From positions 416,001-480,000 of the forward strand of contig CAWANH010000028.1 of the NCBI GenBank assembly GCA_963783375.1: a DNA stretch of 64,000 bases, given 5' to 3'. Position numbers and translations under genes: made by a program. Origin of the DNA: Candidatus Eiseniibacteriota bacterium (GTDB lineage: Bacteria > Eisenbacteria > RBG-16-71-46 > JABDJR01). The notes beneath the pieces were generated by a model. The model was not told the DNA's origin, ran no database searches, and worked only from the letters and a program-made list of their open reading frames with translations. Positions within the stretch are counted from its first letter, which is position 1, and every line of letters starts with the position of its first letter. Of the stretch, positions 41,427 through 51,771 are shown piece after piece.

Positions 41427-42098
41427 CTACTCCATGTGGCCGTGGCGGACGTCGCGGCCCTGGGTGGTGAAGATCACCTCTTCGGCCACGTTGGTGGCGT
41501 GGTCGGCCAGTCGTTCCAGGTACTTGGCGATGAAGATGAGCCGGGTGGCCCGGCTGATCGTCTTGTTGTCCTCGATCATGTAGGTGAGAAGCTCGCGGAA
41601 GATCTGGACGTTGAGATCGTCCACCTCCTGGTCCGCGGCCAGGACCTTCCGCGCGCGCTCCGCGTCTCCGGTCACGAAGCAATCGAGGGCGTCCCGGGTC
41701 ATCGCCCGCACCTGGTCCACCATGCGGGGGAGGTCGATGTAGGGCTTCAGCTGAGGCTCGGCGTTGAGCTCCACCACCCGCTCGGCGATGTTGACCGAGA
41801 GGTCGCCCATCCGCTCCAGGTCGGTGGAGATCTTGAGGGCGGCCACGATCAGCCGGAGATCCTTGGCCGCGGGCTGGCGGAGCGCGATGATCCGCATGGC
41901 CAGCTCGTCGGTCTCCATCTCCAGGCGGTCGACGTCCCGGTCCCGCCGTTGCACCTCCTCGGCGAGCTGGGAGTCGCGGGTCACCAGGGCGGTGAGGGAG
42001 TCGGCCACCATGGCCTCGACCATTCCCCCCATGGTGAGGAGCTTGTTCTTGAGTTCCTGGAGCTCGGAGTCGAACTCCTGGCGGACCGATCGGGCCAT
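41427..42098 (-). CDS. phoU: Phosphate signalling protein PhoU
   Basis: ALRQPAAKDLR, DLERMGD, YLERLADHATNVAE, GRDVRH. Confidence 0.95.
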   Translation of the reverse strand: MARSVRQEFDSELQELKNKLLTMGGMVEAMVADSLTALVTRDSQLAEEVQRRDRDVDRLEMETDELAMRIIALRQPAAKDLRLIVAALKISTDLERMGDLSVNIAERVVELNAEPQLKPYIDLPRMVDQVRAMTRDALDCFVTGDAERARKVLAADQEVDDLNVQIFRELLTYMIEDNKTISRATRLIFIAKYLERLADHATNVAEEVIFTTQGRDVRHGHME

Positions 42099-42204
42099 GA
42101 ACGGGTACTCCCGGCAACAGAGACGCCTTCGAGGCACTCGGGCTCGGGGGTGAGTCTACCGCGTTTGGGGCCGGAATGCCCCTGCCCGGCCGCGGCGACG
42201 ACGA

Positions 42205-42702
42205 CTACATCCGCACCGCCCACCGGCTCACCAGTTCGCTCAAGGCGTGCGTCCGGCTGTGCCGGTACTCGGTGTGCACCCAGCTCACCTGCCGCTCGAA
42301 GTTGGAGCTGAACGCGCGGGCGACCTGGCCGGTGAGAAGGGTTCGCCCATCCCCGCCGGAGGTCGGCGGTGGCCAGCACCCCGACCTCGTAGGAGGAGGC
42401 GTGGAGGGTCTTCTCCAGGAACGCGTTCAGGTACGGCCGGTCGATGAGCGGGAGGTTCGAGGTCGGGACCACGAACTCCTGGCAGCTGAACGGCTTCTTG
42501 AGCTGTCCCATGGTGACCGAGTAGGCGGGATATTTCTCGAACGGCGTCCAGCGGAACCAGAGGTCCAGCGCCCTCCACCTTGCCGGGGACCGCGTTCACC
42601 TGGAGGCGTCCGGTGATCCGCGGGGCGATTTCGGAGGTGAGAATGAAGCGCGCCCGCGGAGACGGCGGAGAGCATCAGGACCGCAAGCGTCAGCTTCATC
42701 AT
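42205..42702 (-). pseudogene. Remnant of phosphate-selective porin (OprO/OprP-like)
   Basis: RBS GGAGGAG + signal peptide MMKLTLAVL..., then out-of-frame pieces ARFILTSEIAPRITGRLQV, LDLWFRW...VTMGQLKKPFSCQE...LPLIDR and a beta-rich end; far shorter than a full porin. Confidence 0.55.
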
Positions 42703-42911
42703 CGGAGGCTCCTCCACTGGCGGGTTCACCACCACCGGGCTGAGCCGCCCCGGAGGTTTCCGGCGGTGTAGGTCGAAGCGCCCGGGACGACGAGATCCTC
42801 CCCGGACCCCGGACCCAGATCGCCCGGCCCAGGCGTCCCCTCCGGCCCCTGCCCGCCTCCCTCGATCCAATAAATCGATATGCCGGTTCGCCGGATGCCG
42901 ATCCTCAACTA

Positions 42912-42929
42912 TTTGGTAATTTGACCAAA
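42912..42929 (+). promoter_or_regulatory. Putative ArsR operator
   Basis: Inverted repeat TTTGGT-N6-ACCAAA in an AT-rich patch just upstream of arsR. Confidence 0.6.
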
Positions 42930-42962
42930 CAGACAATCACTTTGACCGAAGGAGCGAGCCCA

Positions 42963-43283
42963 ATGGACTCCAAGACCCAGGCCCGGCTCGAGGCGCGAGC
43001 CCGAATCATCAAGGCGATGGCCCACCCCACCCGCCTCTTCATCGTGGACGAGCTCTCCCGGGGCGAGCGATGCGTGTGCGAGCTCACCGGGATGATCGGC
43101 GCCGACACCTCGACCGTGTCCAAGCACCTGAGCCTGTTGCGCGCCGCCGGCATCGTGGGCGACGAGAAACGCGGGAACCAGGTTTTCTACTCGCTCAAGG
43201 TCCCCTGCGTGCTCCACTTCTTCTCCTGCGTGGAGAACGTGCTCGCCTCCACCGCGGCCGAGCAGATGGAGGTCGCGCGGTGA
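42963..43283 (+). CDS. arsR: ArsR/SmtB family regulator
   Basis: KAMAHPTRL, ERCVCEL, STVSKHLSLL; RBS AAGGAG. Confidence 0.9.
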   Translation: MDSKTQARLEARARIIKAMAHPTRLFIVDELSRGERCVCELTGMIGADTSTVSKHLSLLRAAGIVGDEKRGNQVFYSLKVPCVLHFFSCVENVLASTAAEQMEVAR

Positions 43284-44740
43284 TCGACCGCCGAGGCGCC
43301 CTCGCCCCATCCGCCGCGCCCGCGCCGGCCGGCGCATCCGCGGGCGTCCCCGCGTCCGCGTCCACGGGGGTCGCCGCTCACACCGCCGCGCCGGCCCATG
43401 AACCCGAGCCCGTCCCGGCCCGCTTCCTCGACACCGCCCGCCGGCTCTGGAAGTCCGACGGCTGGGCGCTGGCCGCGATCCTCGGCGTCTTCGCTCTGGT
43501 CTATTTCCTTCCGGAAAACACCGGCGCCCTTCCCGAGAGCGTGTCCGAGTCGCTGGCCCTCACCCGATGGTACGCGCGGGAGCACGTCCTCTTCTGCCTG
43601 GTTCCGGCGTTCTTCATCGCCGGGGCGATCGCGGTGTTCGTGAGCCGCGGCTCCGTCATGCGCTACCTGGGCGCGGGGGCCAACAAGGTCCTGGCCTACG
43701 GCGTGGCCGCGGTCTCCGGGAGCATCCTCGCGGTCTGCTCCTGCACGGTGCTGCCCCTCTTCTCCGGCATCTACAAGCGGGGGGCCGGGCTCGGGCCGGC
43801 CACCGCGTTCCTCTACTCCGGTCCCGCCATCAACGTCCTGGCGGTGATCCTCACCGCGCGGATCCTGGGCCTGGAGCTGGGGGTGGCGCGGGCGGTGGGG
43901 GCGGTGGTGTTCAGCGTGGTGGTGGGCCTCCTGATGCACCTCGTCTTCCGGGCCGAGGAGCGGCGGAAGACCGCGGCGTCCCTGGCCGTCCCCGACGACG
44001 AGCCGTCGCGGCCCCTCGGCCGGACCGCGATCACCTTCGCCGTCCTGACCGGAATCCTGATCTTCGCCAACTGGGGCCGGCCCGAAACCGCCACCGGCTT
44101 CTGGCACGGGGTCTACGCCGCCAAGTGGATCCTCACCGCGGCCCTCGCCCTGGGTCTCGCGGTCATCCTGTCCGCGTGGTTCGCGGTGTCCCGGCGTCGG
44201 ACCGTGATCGCCGTGCTCCCGGTGGCGGCTCTCGCCCTGGGCTTCCCCTCCCGGCCGGAGATCGCCTTCGCCGCCGGGGTGGTCGCCCTCCTGGCGATCG
44301 CCGCCGGCTCGTCCGAGCTTCGGGAATGGGTCGGAGCCTCGTGGGGCTTCGCCAAGCAGATCCTCCCCTTGCTCCTGATCGGCGTCCTGGTGGCCGGGTT
44401 CCTCCTCGGCCGGCCGGGCCACGGCGGGATGATCCCCTCGGGCTGGATCGCCGGCGCGGTGGGAGGAAACTCGATCGGCGCGAACCTCTTCGCCTCGGTG
44501 GCCGGAGCCTTCATGTACTTCGCCACCCTGACCGAGGTCCCGATCCTCCAGGGGCTCCTGGGCAACGGCATGGGGAAGGGGCCCGCCCTGGCCCTCCTCC
44601 TGGCCGGTCCGGCCTTGAGCCTTCCCAACATGCTGGTGATCCGCGGGGTGATGGGCACCCGGAAGACGGTGGTGTACGTGTCCCTGGTGGTGGTGATGGC
44701 GACGGTGACCGGGATCGGCTACGGCGCCCTGTTCGGATAG
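43280..44740 (+). CDS. DUF318 permease (ArsP-like)
   Basis: LAVCSCTVLP, FLYSGPAIN, MYFATLTEVP, LLAGPALSLP; GTGA overlap with arsR. Confidence 0.85.
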   Translation: MIDRRGALAPSAAPAPAGASAGVPASASTGVAAHTAAPAHEPEPVPARFLDTARRLWKSDGWALAAILGVFALVYFLPENTGALPESVSESLALTRWYAREHVLFCLVPAFFIAGAIAVFVSRGSVMRYLGAGANKVLAYGVAAVSGSILAVCSCTVLPLFSGIYKRGAGLGPATAFLYSGPAINVLAVILTARILGLELGVARAVGAVVFSVVVGLLMHLVFRAEERRKTAASLAVPDDEPSRPLGRTAITFAVLTGILIFANWGRPETATGFWHGVYAAKWILTAALALGLAVILSAWFAVSRRRTVIAVLPVAALALGFPSRPEIAFAAGVVALLAIAAGSSELREWVGASWGFAKQILPLLLIGVLVAGFLLGRPGHGGMIPSGWIAGAVGGNSIGANLFASVAGAFMYFATLTEVPILQGLLGNGMGKGPALALLLAGPALSLPNMLVIRGVMGTRKTVVYVSLVVVMATVTGIGYGALFG

Positions 44741-44782
44741 ACGACGCGCCTCCTCACGATGGAGCGCTCATAGGAGACGACG

Positions 44783-45016
44783 ATGAAGACGATCCAGATC
44801 CTGGGCACCGGGTGCCCGAACTGCAAGAAGCTCACCGAGAACGCCGAGACCGCGACCCGCGACCTGGGCGGCGAGTTCGAGATCGAGAAGATCACCGATC
44901 TCGACCGGATCACCGACTTCGGGGTCATGATGACCCCGGCCCTGGCGGTGGACGGCGAGGTGAAGTCCATGGGGAAGGTGCTCTCGCCCGAGGAGATCAA
45001 GCGGCTTCTGGCGTAG
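44783..45016 (+). CDS. Small redox-active disulfide thioredoxin (MTH895/ArsE-like)
   Basis: ILGTGCPNC, GVMMTPALAVDG. Confidence 0.9.
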   Translation: MKTIQILGTGCPNCKKLTENAETATRDLGGEFEIEKITDLDRITDFGVMMTPALAVDGEVKSMGKVLSPEEIKRLLA

Positions 45017-45032
45017 AGCAGGGGGAAACGAC

Positions 45033-45503
45033 ATGCGCGGAAAGACCATCCTGACCGCGGGGCTTCTCGTCTTCGTGGCGGCGAGCCTCGGATACCTCGG
45101 CATCGACACGGCCCGGTCACGCCGGGACGCGACCCCGGCCGTCGCGCCCGACCCGGGCGGCGACCGGGTGATCGCCTACTACTTCCACGGCGCCCAGCGC
45201 TGCCGCACCTGCCTGACCATCGAGGCCTACGCCGACGCCGCCATCCAGGACGGCTTCGCCGACGAGCTGGCCTCGGGCCGGCTGGAGTGGCGGGTGGTGA
45301 ACATCGACGAGCCCCGGAACGAGCACTTCGTCCAGGACTTCAACCTCACCACCCGATCGGTGGTGCTGGTGAAGATGAGGGACGGCCGGCCGGAGGCGTG
45401 GCGAAACCTCGACAAGGTCTGGGAGCTGGCGTCCTACGAACAGGAGTTCACCCTCTACATCCAGGCCGAGACCCGGAGCTTCATGGAACGCCCGAGTGCC
45501 TGA
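45033..45503 (+). CDS. ArsF-like thioredoxin-fold exported protein
   Basis: N-terminal TM; YYFHGAQRCRTCLTIE. Confidence 0.8.
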   Translation: MRGKTILTAGLLVFVAASLGYLGIDTARSRRDATPAVAPDPGGDRVIAYYFHGAQRCRTCLTIEAYADAAIQDGFADELASGRLEWRVVNIDEPRNEHFVQDFNLTTRSVVLVKMRDGRPEAWRNLDKVWELASYEQEFTLYIQAETRSFMERPSA

Positions 45504-46185
45504 GAGCCTCCTCGCCGTATCCACCGCGGTCTGGCTGGGGATTCTCACCTCGGTCAGCCCCTGCCCCCTGGCCACCAACATCGCGGCGATCTCCTACGTG
45601 GGGAGGCGGGTGGGTAGCCCCCGCCGCGTGCTCCTGGCCGGCCTCCTCTACACCCTCGGGCGGGCGGTCACCTACGCCGGGTTGGGGCTCCTGATCGTCC
45701 TGAGCCTGCTCTCCGCCCCCCAGACCTCGCACGTCCTCCAGAAGTACATGATCAAGGCGCTCGGGCCGCTGCTCATCCTGGTGGGGATGGTGCTCCTGGA
45801 CCTGGTCCGCTTCCGCCTGCCCGGGTTCGTAGCCGGCGAGGGCCTCCGCGCGCGAACCGATCGCATGGGGGAATGGGGCGCGGGGTTCCTGGGCATCACC
45901 TTCGCCCTCTCGTTCTGCCCGGTCTCCGCCGCGCTCTACTTCGGCAGCCTCCTCCCCCTGGCCGTCCAGACCCGCTCCCCGGTCCTGTTGCCGTCCCTCT
46001 ACGGGATCGGCACCGCGCTCCCGGTGGTGGCCTTCGCGATCGTGATCGCCGGCGGGGTGCGCTCGGTGGGAAAGCTCTTCGACCGGGTGGCTCGGGTGGA
46101 GATCTGGGTGCGGCGCGTCACCGGCGTGGTCTTCTTGGGGATCGGGGTCTACTTCTGCCTGGACCAGATCTTCCAGGTCTTCTGA
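45496..46185 (+). CDS. ArsG-like / DsbD-CcdA-type membrane protein
   Basis: LGILTSVSPCPLATNIAA, FALSFCPVSAALYFG. Confidence 0.85.
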   Translation: MPESLLAVSTAVWLGILTSVSPCPLATNIAAISYVGRRVGSPRRVLLAGLLYTLGRAVTYAGLGLLIVLSLLSAPQTSHVLQKYMIKALGPLLILVGMVLLDLVRFRLPGFVAGEGLRARTDRMGEWGAGFLGITFALSFCPVSAALYFGSLLPLAVQTRSPVLLPSLYGIGTALPVVAFAIVIAGGVRSVGKLFDRVARVEIWVRRVTGVVFLGIGVYFCLDQIFQVF

Positions 46186-46276
46186 GGGGCGCGCACCGCC
46201 CGCCGAGGCCTCGACACGGGCCCGCCGCCGCGCCAGGCCGTCCGCGTTCACCGCGCTACCCCGCCGCCCGCCCGCC

Positions 46277-48037
46277 TCAGGCGTCCGGCGCTTCCGGCAC
46301 GGTGAAGAAGAACACCGCCCCGCCGTCGGCCCGGTCCTCCACCCCCACCTCGCCGCCGTAGAGCTGCACCGCGTGCTTCACGATGGCCAGCCCCAGCCCC
46401 GAACCCCCCTCCTCCGCCGACCGGCCGGCGTCCAGGCGGTAGAACCGCTCGAACACCCGGTCCCGAAGCTCGCGGGGAACGCCGGGACCCCGGTCGGCGA
46501 TCTCGAAGCGCACCGTCCCCTCCCGCCGCAGGGCCCGCAGGGTGACCTTCTCTCCCGCCGGGCTCACCCGCACCGCGTTGTCGAGGAGGTTCAGGAGCAC
46601 GGTTTCCAAACCGTGGCGGTCGGCGAGCACCTTCGGCACCCCCGGCTCCACCGCCGATTCCAGCCCTACCTTCCTCCCGGCGGCGCGCGGGGCGAGGGTC
46701 TCCAGGACCCCCGAGACCAGCCCCGGAACCTCCACCGGCTCCAGGGGCACCCGGGCCCGGGCCGACTCCAGCTCCGAGAGCCGGGAGAGGTCGCGCACCA
46801 GGCGTTCCAGCCGCCGCGCGTTCCGGTCGATCACCCCCAGGAAGCGCGCGCGCTCGGCGGGGGGAAGATCGGGATCGTGCTCCAGGGTCTCCAGATAGCC
46901 GAGGATGGCGGTGAGCGGGGTGCGAAGCTCGTGGCCGATGTTGGCCACCATCTCCCGCCGTGCGGTTTCCAGGCGGCGAAGCCGGGTGACGTCGTGGATC
47001 AGGAGCACCACACCGCTCTCCAGGGGGACGAGGCTCACCGCGAGCATCCGCCCCTCGGGCTCGGTGAGCTTCAGCTCCACCGTCTCGGGTCTCCCCCCGG
47101 CCAGGGCCCGGTCCACCGCCTGCTGGAGGTCGGGACTCCGGACCGCCTCCACCGGGGTCCGCCCGATCACATCCGGCCCCAGGGAGCAGAACTCCGCCGC
47201 CGCCGGGTTGGCCAGGGTGATCCGGCCGTGATCGTCCAGGGCCAGGATGCCGTCGGGCATGCTCTGGAGGAGATGGTCCAGCCGCCGGCGCTGGGACTCC
47301 ACGGTATTGATCTCGGCCTGAACCGAGTCGGCGAGGTGGTTGATGGAGAGGGCCAGCTCGCGGACCTCGGAGCTTCCCGCCGGCTCCACCCGCCGGTCGA
47401 GGCTCCCGGCGGCGATCTCCCGCGCCGCTGCGCTCACTCGCGACACCGGCCCGGTGATCCGCCGCGCGGAGACGTAGCCGAGGAGGGTGGCCATCCCCAC
47501 CGCACCCAGAAGAACCAGGATCAGGCGTCCCTCCCCCCGATGCTCCTCGGCGATCACCCGGTTCATGGGTAGCGCCGAACGCACCACGCCGTAGGGAGCG
47601 TCCGCCGGTCCCCAGCGCACCGCGAGATAGGCCATGGGAACCTGCAGGGTCGGGCTGGGACGCTCGGAGAGACCGGTGCCGCCACGAAGCGCCTCCGCCA
47701 CCTCGGGGCGGTGGAGATGGTTCTCCATCGCCTCCACCTCGCTCCGGGGAAGGTTGGACTCGGAGAGCACCATCCCGTCGGCGCGGATCACGGTGAGACG
47801 GATGCCGGTTTCCTGATGGAGCACCCGGGTGAGGCGGTCCATCTCCACGACGGCGTCGATTCCCGGTTCCGGGGTGGGAAGGAGCGCGGCCAGGATCCTC
47901 GCCTGGTCCCCGAGCCGGTCGTCCAGCTCCCGCCGCCGCTCCCGCTGGAGCGACGCGTTCCAGAGGAGGGTGGCCCCCCCCAGGGCGATCAGGGTGACGG
48001 TGAAGCTCAGCCAGGCGAGCCGGGTGTGGATGCGCAT
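46277..48037 (-). CDS. phoR: Phosphate regulon sensor kinase (HAMP-PAS-HisKA-HATPase)
   Basis: MENHLHRPEV periplasmic motif, IGHELRTPLTAI, NLLDNA, RVFERFYRLD, GSGLGL; near phoU. Confidence 0.85.
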   Translation of the reverse strand: MRIHTRLAWLSFTVTLIALGGATLLWNASLQRERRRELDDRLGDQARILAALLPTPEPGIDAVVEMDRLTRVLHQETGIRLTVIRADGMVLSESNLPRSEVEAMENHLHRPEVAEALRGGTGLSERPSPTLQVPMAYLAVRWGPADAPYGVVRSALPMNRVIAEEHRGEGRLILVLLGAVGMATLLGYVSARRITGPVSRVSAAAREIAAGSLDRRVEPAGSSEVRELALSINHLADSVQAEINTVESQRRRLDHLLQSMPDGILALDDHGRITLANPAAAEFCSLGPDVIGRTPVEAVRSPDLQQAVDRALAGGRPETVELKLTEPEGRMLAVSLVPLESGVVLLIHDVTRLRRLETARREMVANIGHELRTPLTAILGYLETLEHDPDLPPAERARFLGVIDRNARRLERLVRDLSRLSELESARARVPLEPVEVPGLVSGVLETLAPRAAGRKVGLESAVEPGVPKVLADRHGLETVLLNLLDNAVRVSPAGEKVTLRALRREGTVRFEIADRGPGVPRELRDRVFERFYRLDAGRSAEEGGSGLGLAIVKHAVQLYGGEVGVEDRADGGAVFFFTVPEAPDA

Positions 48038-48108
48038 CAGCCCGGGAAGCGGTATCCCACGCCCCGCATGGTCCTGATCGCGTCCCGGCCGCAGTCGGTG
48101 GTGGTCAT
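48037..48108 (-). pseudogene. 3' stub of OmpR/PhoB-family response regulator
   Basis: Reads ...GRDAIRTMRGVGYRFPG*, the winged-helix terminal hairpin, with TGATG coupling to phoR; no receiver domain upstream. Confidence 0.65.
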
Positions 48109-48441
48109 GACGCCGCGATTCTAGGGGATGGCGGGGTTCGGGGGTAGCGCTTCCGCCCCCGCCGGCCTTTCCCTTGGCGGGGGATCGGACCGAGCCCTAT
48201 ACTGGGCATCCGCTTTCCCGAGCACCCGCTTCCCCGTCGCCTCGGCTCGACCTAGTCATGAAACCGGGTCGCGAGGTGGAGTAGATGGCCGACAGGTCGG
48301 GCACCGCAGCGATCCGACGACGCAGGCGTACCCGCTGTGGTACGTCGAGGAGGCGGATCGCGAGGACGCCCGAGCTGGCGGTCAGATGCCCACCGCAGCA
48401 GCGGGTTCGTGACTAGGCCGGGCTACGGAAGGAGATCCGCC

Positions 48442-50811
48442 ATGGATCCCGCGCCCGTTCCATCCGCTCGCCCGGTCGCGCCCGCCGGGGCCTCGGGACA
48501 CGATTTTCTGCGCTTCCTGGGCCGCCTGACCGCGGATCGCCGCTATGCCGACCAGATCGCCCACGTGGAGCACCTCCCCGAGCGCGAGGCGCGCCACGCC
48601 GAGCTGGACCCGCCGCTCTCCAGCACCCTGGCCGAGTCCCTGGACGGGCTGGGGATCCGCCGGCTCTACACCCACCAGGTCCAGGCGATCGCCGCCGCCC
48701 GCGGGGGGGAGCACGTGGTCACGGTGACCGGGACGGCCAGCGGAAAGACCGTGGCCTTCCTGGTCCCGATCCTCGAGGCGCTGGAGCGCGACCCCCGGGC
48801 CACCGCGCTCCTCCTCTACCCTACCAAGGCCCTGGCCCAGGATCAGCTCAAGGGGATCACCCGCCTCGCCGGGTCCCACCCGCGCCTCCGCGATCTCATC
48901 CGGGCCGGGACCTACGACGGCGACACCTCCCAGAGCGCGCGGCGGAAGATCCGGGACGAGGCCAACCTCATCCTCACCAACCCCGACATGCTCCACCGCG
49001 GCATCCTCCCCTATCACGCCAAGTGGCACCGGGTGTTCCGGAACCTGCGCCACGTGGTGGTGGACGAGGTGCACACCTATCGCGGCATCTTCGGTTCCAA
49101 CGTGGGGAACGTGATGCGGCGGCTCCGGCGGGTGGCCGCGCACTACGAATCCTCGCCGGTCTTCCTCTGCTCCTCCGCCACCATCCGGAACCCCCTGGAG
49201 CTGGCCGAGACCCTGACCGGGCTCCCCTTCACCCTCGTGGACGACGACGGCTCGCCGCGCGGACCCAAGACCTTCGTGCTCTGGAACCCACCCTACCTGG
49301 ACGCGGCCCGGATGGAGCGGCGGAGCGGCAACGTCGAGGCCAAGGAGCTGTTCGTGAAGCTGGTGGAGGACGGGGTGAACACCATCGTCTTCACCAAGGC
49401 CCGGGTGGTGACCGAGCTGGTCTACAAGTACGCGCGGGAGGACCTCCTCCACCGCCGGGGCGGCCTGGCCGAGCGGATCAAGCCCTACCGCGGCGGCTAC
49501 CTCCCCGCCGAGCGGCGGGAGATCGAGCGGCAGCTCTTCAGCGGGGACCTCCTGGGGGTGGTGGCCACCAATGCACTGGAACTCGGGATCGACATCGGCG
49601 GCCTGGACGCCGCGGTCCTGGTGGGGTTTCCGGGGACGGTGGCCTCGATCTGGCAGCAGGCGGGGCGGGCCGGGCGCTCCCGGGACGAGGCGGTGACGTT
49701 CTTCGTGGGGTACAACGACCCCATCGACCAGTACCTCCTCCGCCATCCCCGCTACTTCTTCGCCCAGAACCCCGAGTCCGCGGTGTGCGACCCCGAAAAC
49801 CCCTACGTCCTGGCCGGGCACCTGGGTTGCGCCGCCTTCGAGCTGCCGCTGACCGAGCGGGACCGGGACCTCTTCGGCGCAGGTCTGGGGCCGATCCGGG
49901 AGATCCTCCGCGACGAGGGCGAGCTTCACCCGGTGGAGGGCGAGGACTACTGGTCGAGCACGGAGTTCCCGTCCAAGCGGGTGAACCTGCGGACGATCTC
50001 CGACGACACCTTCACCATCGTGGACACCGACCGCGAGGACTCGGTGATCGGGACCGTGGACGCCATCTCGGCCCCGGAGCTGGTCTACCCCGAGGCGATC
50101 TACCTCCACGAGGGAGAGACCTTCTTCGTCCACGAACTGGACCTGGAGAAGCGGATCGCCCGGGTGAAGCGGGTCTCGGTGGACTACTACACCCAGCCGG
50201 TGCTCGACACCTCGATCCGGGTGACCGGGGAGCGGGAGCGCCGCGACGAGGGCCCCGAGATCCTGGTCCTGAACGAGGCCACCGTGACCTGGGCCACCAC
50301 CATGTTCAAGAAGATCAAGTTCGGGAACATGGACTCGATCGGCTACAAGAACCTGGATCTTCCCCCCCAGCACCTGGAGACGGTGGCCCTGGGATGGTCG
50401 CCGTCGGTGTCCATCGCCGCGGCGTTGAAGCAGCAAGGGTTGAAACCGGTGGAGGGCCTCCTGGGGGTGCGGAACCTGGCCATCACCGTGTTCCCGATCC
50501 TGGCCATGTGCGACCGGGCCGACGTGGGCGGGGTGATCGACTCGTCGAACACCGGCCGGCCGACGCTCTACCTCTACGACCGTTTCCCCGGGGGGCTGGG
50601 CTTCGCGGAACGAGCCTACGCCGAGTTCACCCGGCTGGTCACCGAGGCGTTGAGCGTCCTGGCCGCCTGCGACTGCGCCGAGGGCTGCCCCTCCTGCGTG
50701 GGGCTCCCGATCCTCCGTCCGGCCATCCACCAGGATCCCGACGTGGGAATGGGCTACCCGATCCCCGACAAGCGGGCGGCGCGCCTCCTCCTCGAAGCCC
50801 TGGCGCGGTGA
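48442..50811 (+). CDS. DEAD/DEAH helicase with DUF1998 (Hrq1/MrfA-YprA family)
   Basis: TGTASGKT, LTNPDML, DEVH, SAT, ALELGIDIG, QQAGRAGR, CDCAEGCPSC. Confidence 0.92.
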   Translation: MDPAPVPSARPVAPAGASGHDFLRFLGRLTADRRYADQIAHVEHLPEREARHAELDPPLSSTLAESLDGLGIRRLYTHQVQAIAAARGGEHVVTVTGTASGKTVAFLVPILEALERDPRATALLLYPTKALAQDQLKGITRLAGSHPRLRDLIRAGTYDGDTSQSARRKIRDEANLILTNPDMLHRGILPYHAKWHRVFRNLRHVVVDEVHTYRGIFGSNVGNVMRRLRRVAAHYESSPVFLCSSATIRNPLELAETLTGLPFTLVDDDGSPRGPKTFVLWNPPYLDAARMERRSGNVEAKELFVKLVEDGVNTIVFTKARVVTELVYKYAREDLLHRRGGLAERIKPYRGGYLPAERREIERQLFSGDLLGVVATNALELGIDIGGLDAAVLVGFPGTVASIWQQAGRAGRSRDEAVTFFVGYNDPIDQYLLRHPRYFFAQNPESAVCDPENPYVLAGHLGCAAFELPLTERDRDLFGAGLGPIREILRDEGELHPVEGEDYWSSTEFPSKRVNLRTISDDTFTIVDTDREDSVIGTVDAISAPELVYPEAIYLHEGETFFVHELDLEKRIARVKRVSVDYYTQPVLDTSIRVTGERERRDEGPEILVLNEATVTWATTMFKKIKFGNMDSIGYKNLDLPPQHLETVALGWSPSVSIAAALKQQGLKPVEGLLGVRNLAITVFPILAMCDRADVGGVIDSSNTGRPTLYLYDRFPGGLGFAERAYAEFTRLVTEALSVLAACDCAEGCPSCVGLPILRPAIHQDPDVGMGYPIPDKRAARLLLEALAR

Positions 50812-50816
50812 GCCCG

Positions 50817-51671
50817 ATGGCCGGGGAAGAGAAACGGAAGCGGCTTTCGGAGCTGGCCCGGCGGCGGCCTTCGGCGGGCGGGGAACGGGCAGCGGGGAGC
50901 CGGGGGGCGGCGCGGGCGCCGGGCCGGGGGCGGACCTCCGCGAAACGGGACGCGCGGCTGGAGGACCTGGTGCCGGGGGTGGAGGAGACGACCGCGCGCG
51001 GGGTTCACTGGCGCCACGAGCGCGCGCTGGCCGAGGCCTCGGACGTGGACGCCGCGGCCCGGGCGCTCCTCCCGGGCGCCCTCCCCCCGCCCGAAGCGGC
51101 CCTGGCCGAGTGCCTGGGAGCCCGGGGACTTTCCGGCGCGCTCTTTCTGGATCTCGAGACCTGCGGATTCTCGGGGAACCCGCTCTTCCTGAGCGGGCTC
51201 CTCCGGGTGGAGGACGGCCGGCCGGTCTTGACCCAGCTTCTCGCCCGGAACTACGCCGAGGAGGCGTCGGTGGTGGCGGCGACCCTGGAGATCCTCGCCC
51301 GGCACCCCCTGGTGGTGACCTTCAACGGAAAGTCCTACGATCTACCCTTCCTCCGCGACCGGGCGGTGCGGTACGGGTTCCGGTTCCGGGAGCCCGAGGG
51401 GCACCTGGACCTGTTGCACGCGGCGCGGCGCCGCTGGCGGGACATCCTCCCCGATTGCCGGCTCCAGACCCTGGAGGCGCGGTTCACCGGGCGCCGCCGG
51501 GCGGGGGACGTTCCGGGAGCCGAGGTGCCCGAGCGCTACCACGCCTTCGTGCGGGAGGGCGCGGTGGCCGGGCTCGTCCCGGTCCTGCGGCACAATCTCC
51601 TGGATCTCCTGACCCTGATCTCGATCCTGGGGGCGCTCCCCACGTCGCCGGTTTCGCCCCCGCGGGAATGA
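50817..51671 (+). CDS. RNase H-like exonuclease (MrfB/YprB family)
   Basis: FLDLETCG, TFNGKSYDLP, HLDLLH, HNLLD; follows the helicase. Confidence 0.85.
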   Translation: MAGEEKRKRLSELARRRPSAGGERAAGSRGAARAPGRGRTSAKRDARLEDLVPGVEETTARGVHWRHERALAEASDVDAAARALLPGALPPPEAALAECLGARGLSGALFLDLETCGFSGNPLFLSGLLRVEDGRPVLTQLLARNYAEEASVVAATLEILARHPLVVTFNGKSYDLPFLRDRAVRYGFRFREPEGHLDLLHAARRRWRDILPDCRLQTLEARFTGRRRAGDVPGAEVPERYHAFVREGAVAGLVPVLRHNLLDLLTLISILGALPTSPVSPPRE

Positions 51672-51771
51672 AACGGAACTTCAGACGGCCGGCGGGTCGC
51701 GCGCCCGCCGGAAACGACGGGTAGGCCGCGCGGAAACGCGGGACTTCCCCAGCTCAGAAAGGCGAGGCGCC

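Noticed and set aside
49023-51671. 882-aa ORF
   Set aside because: The N-terminal part is a shadow frame of the helicase; the real nuclease starts near 50817
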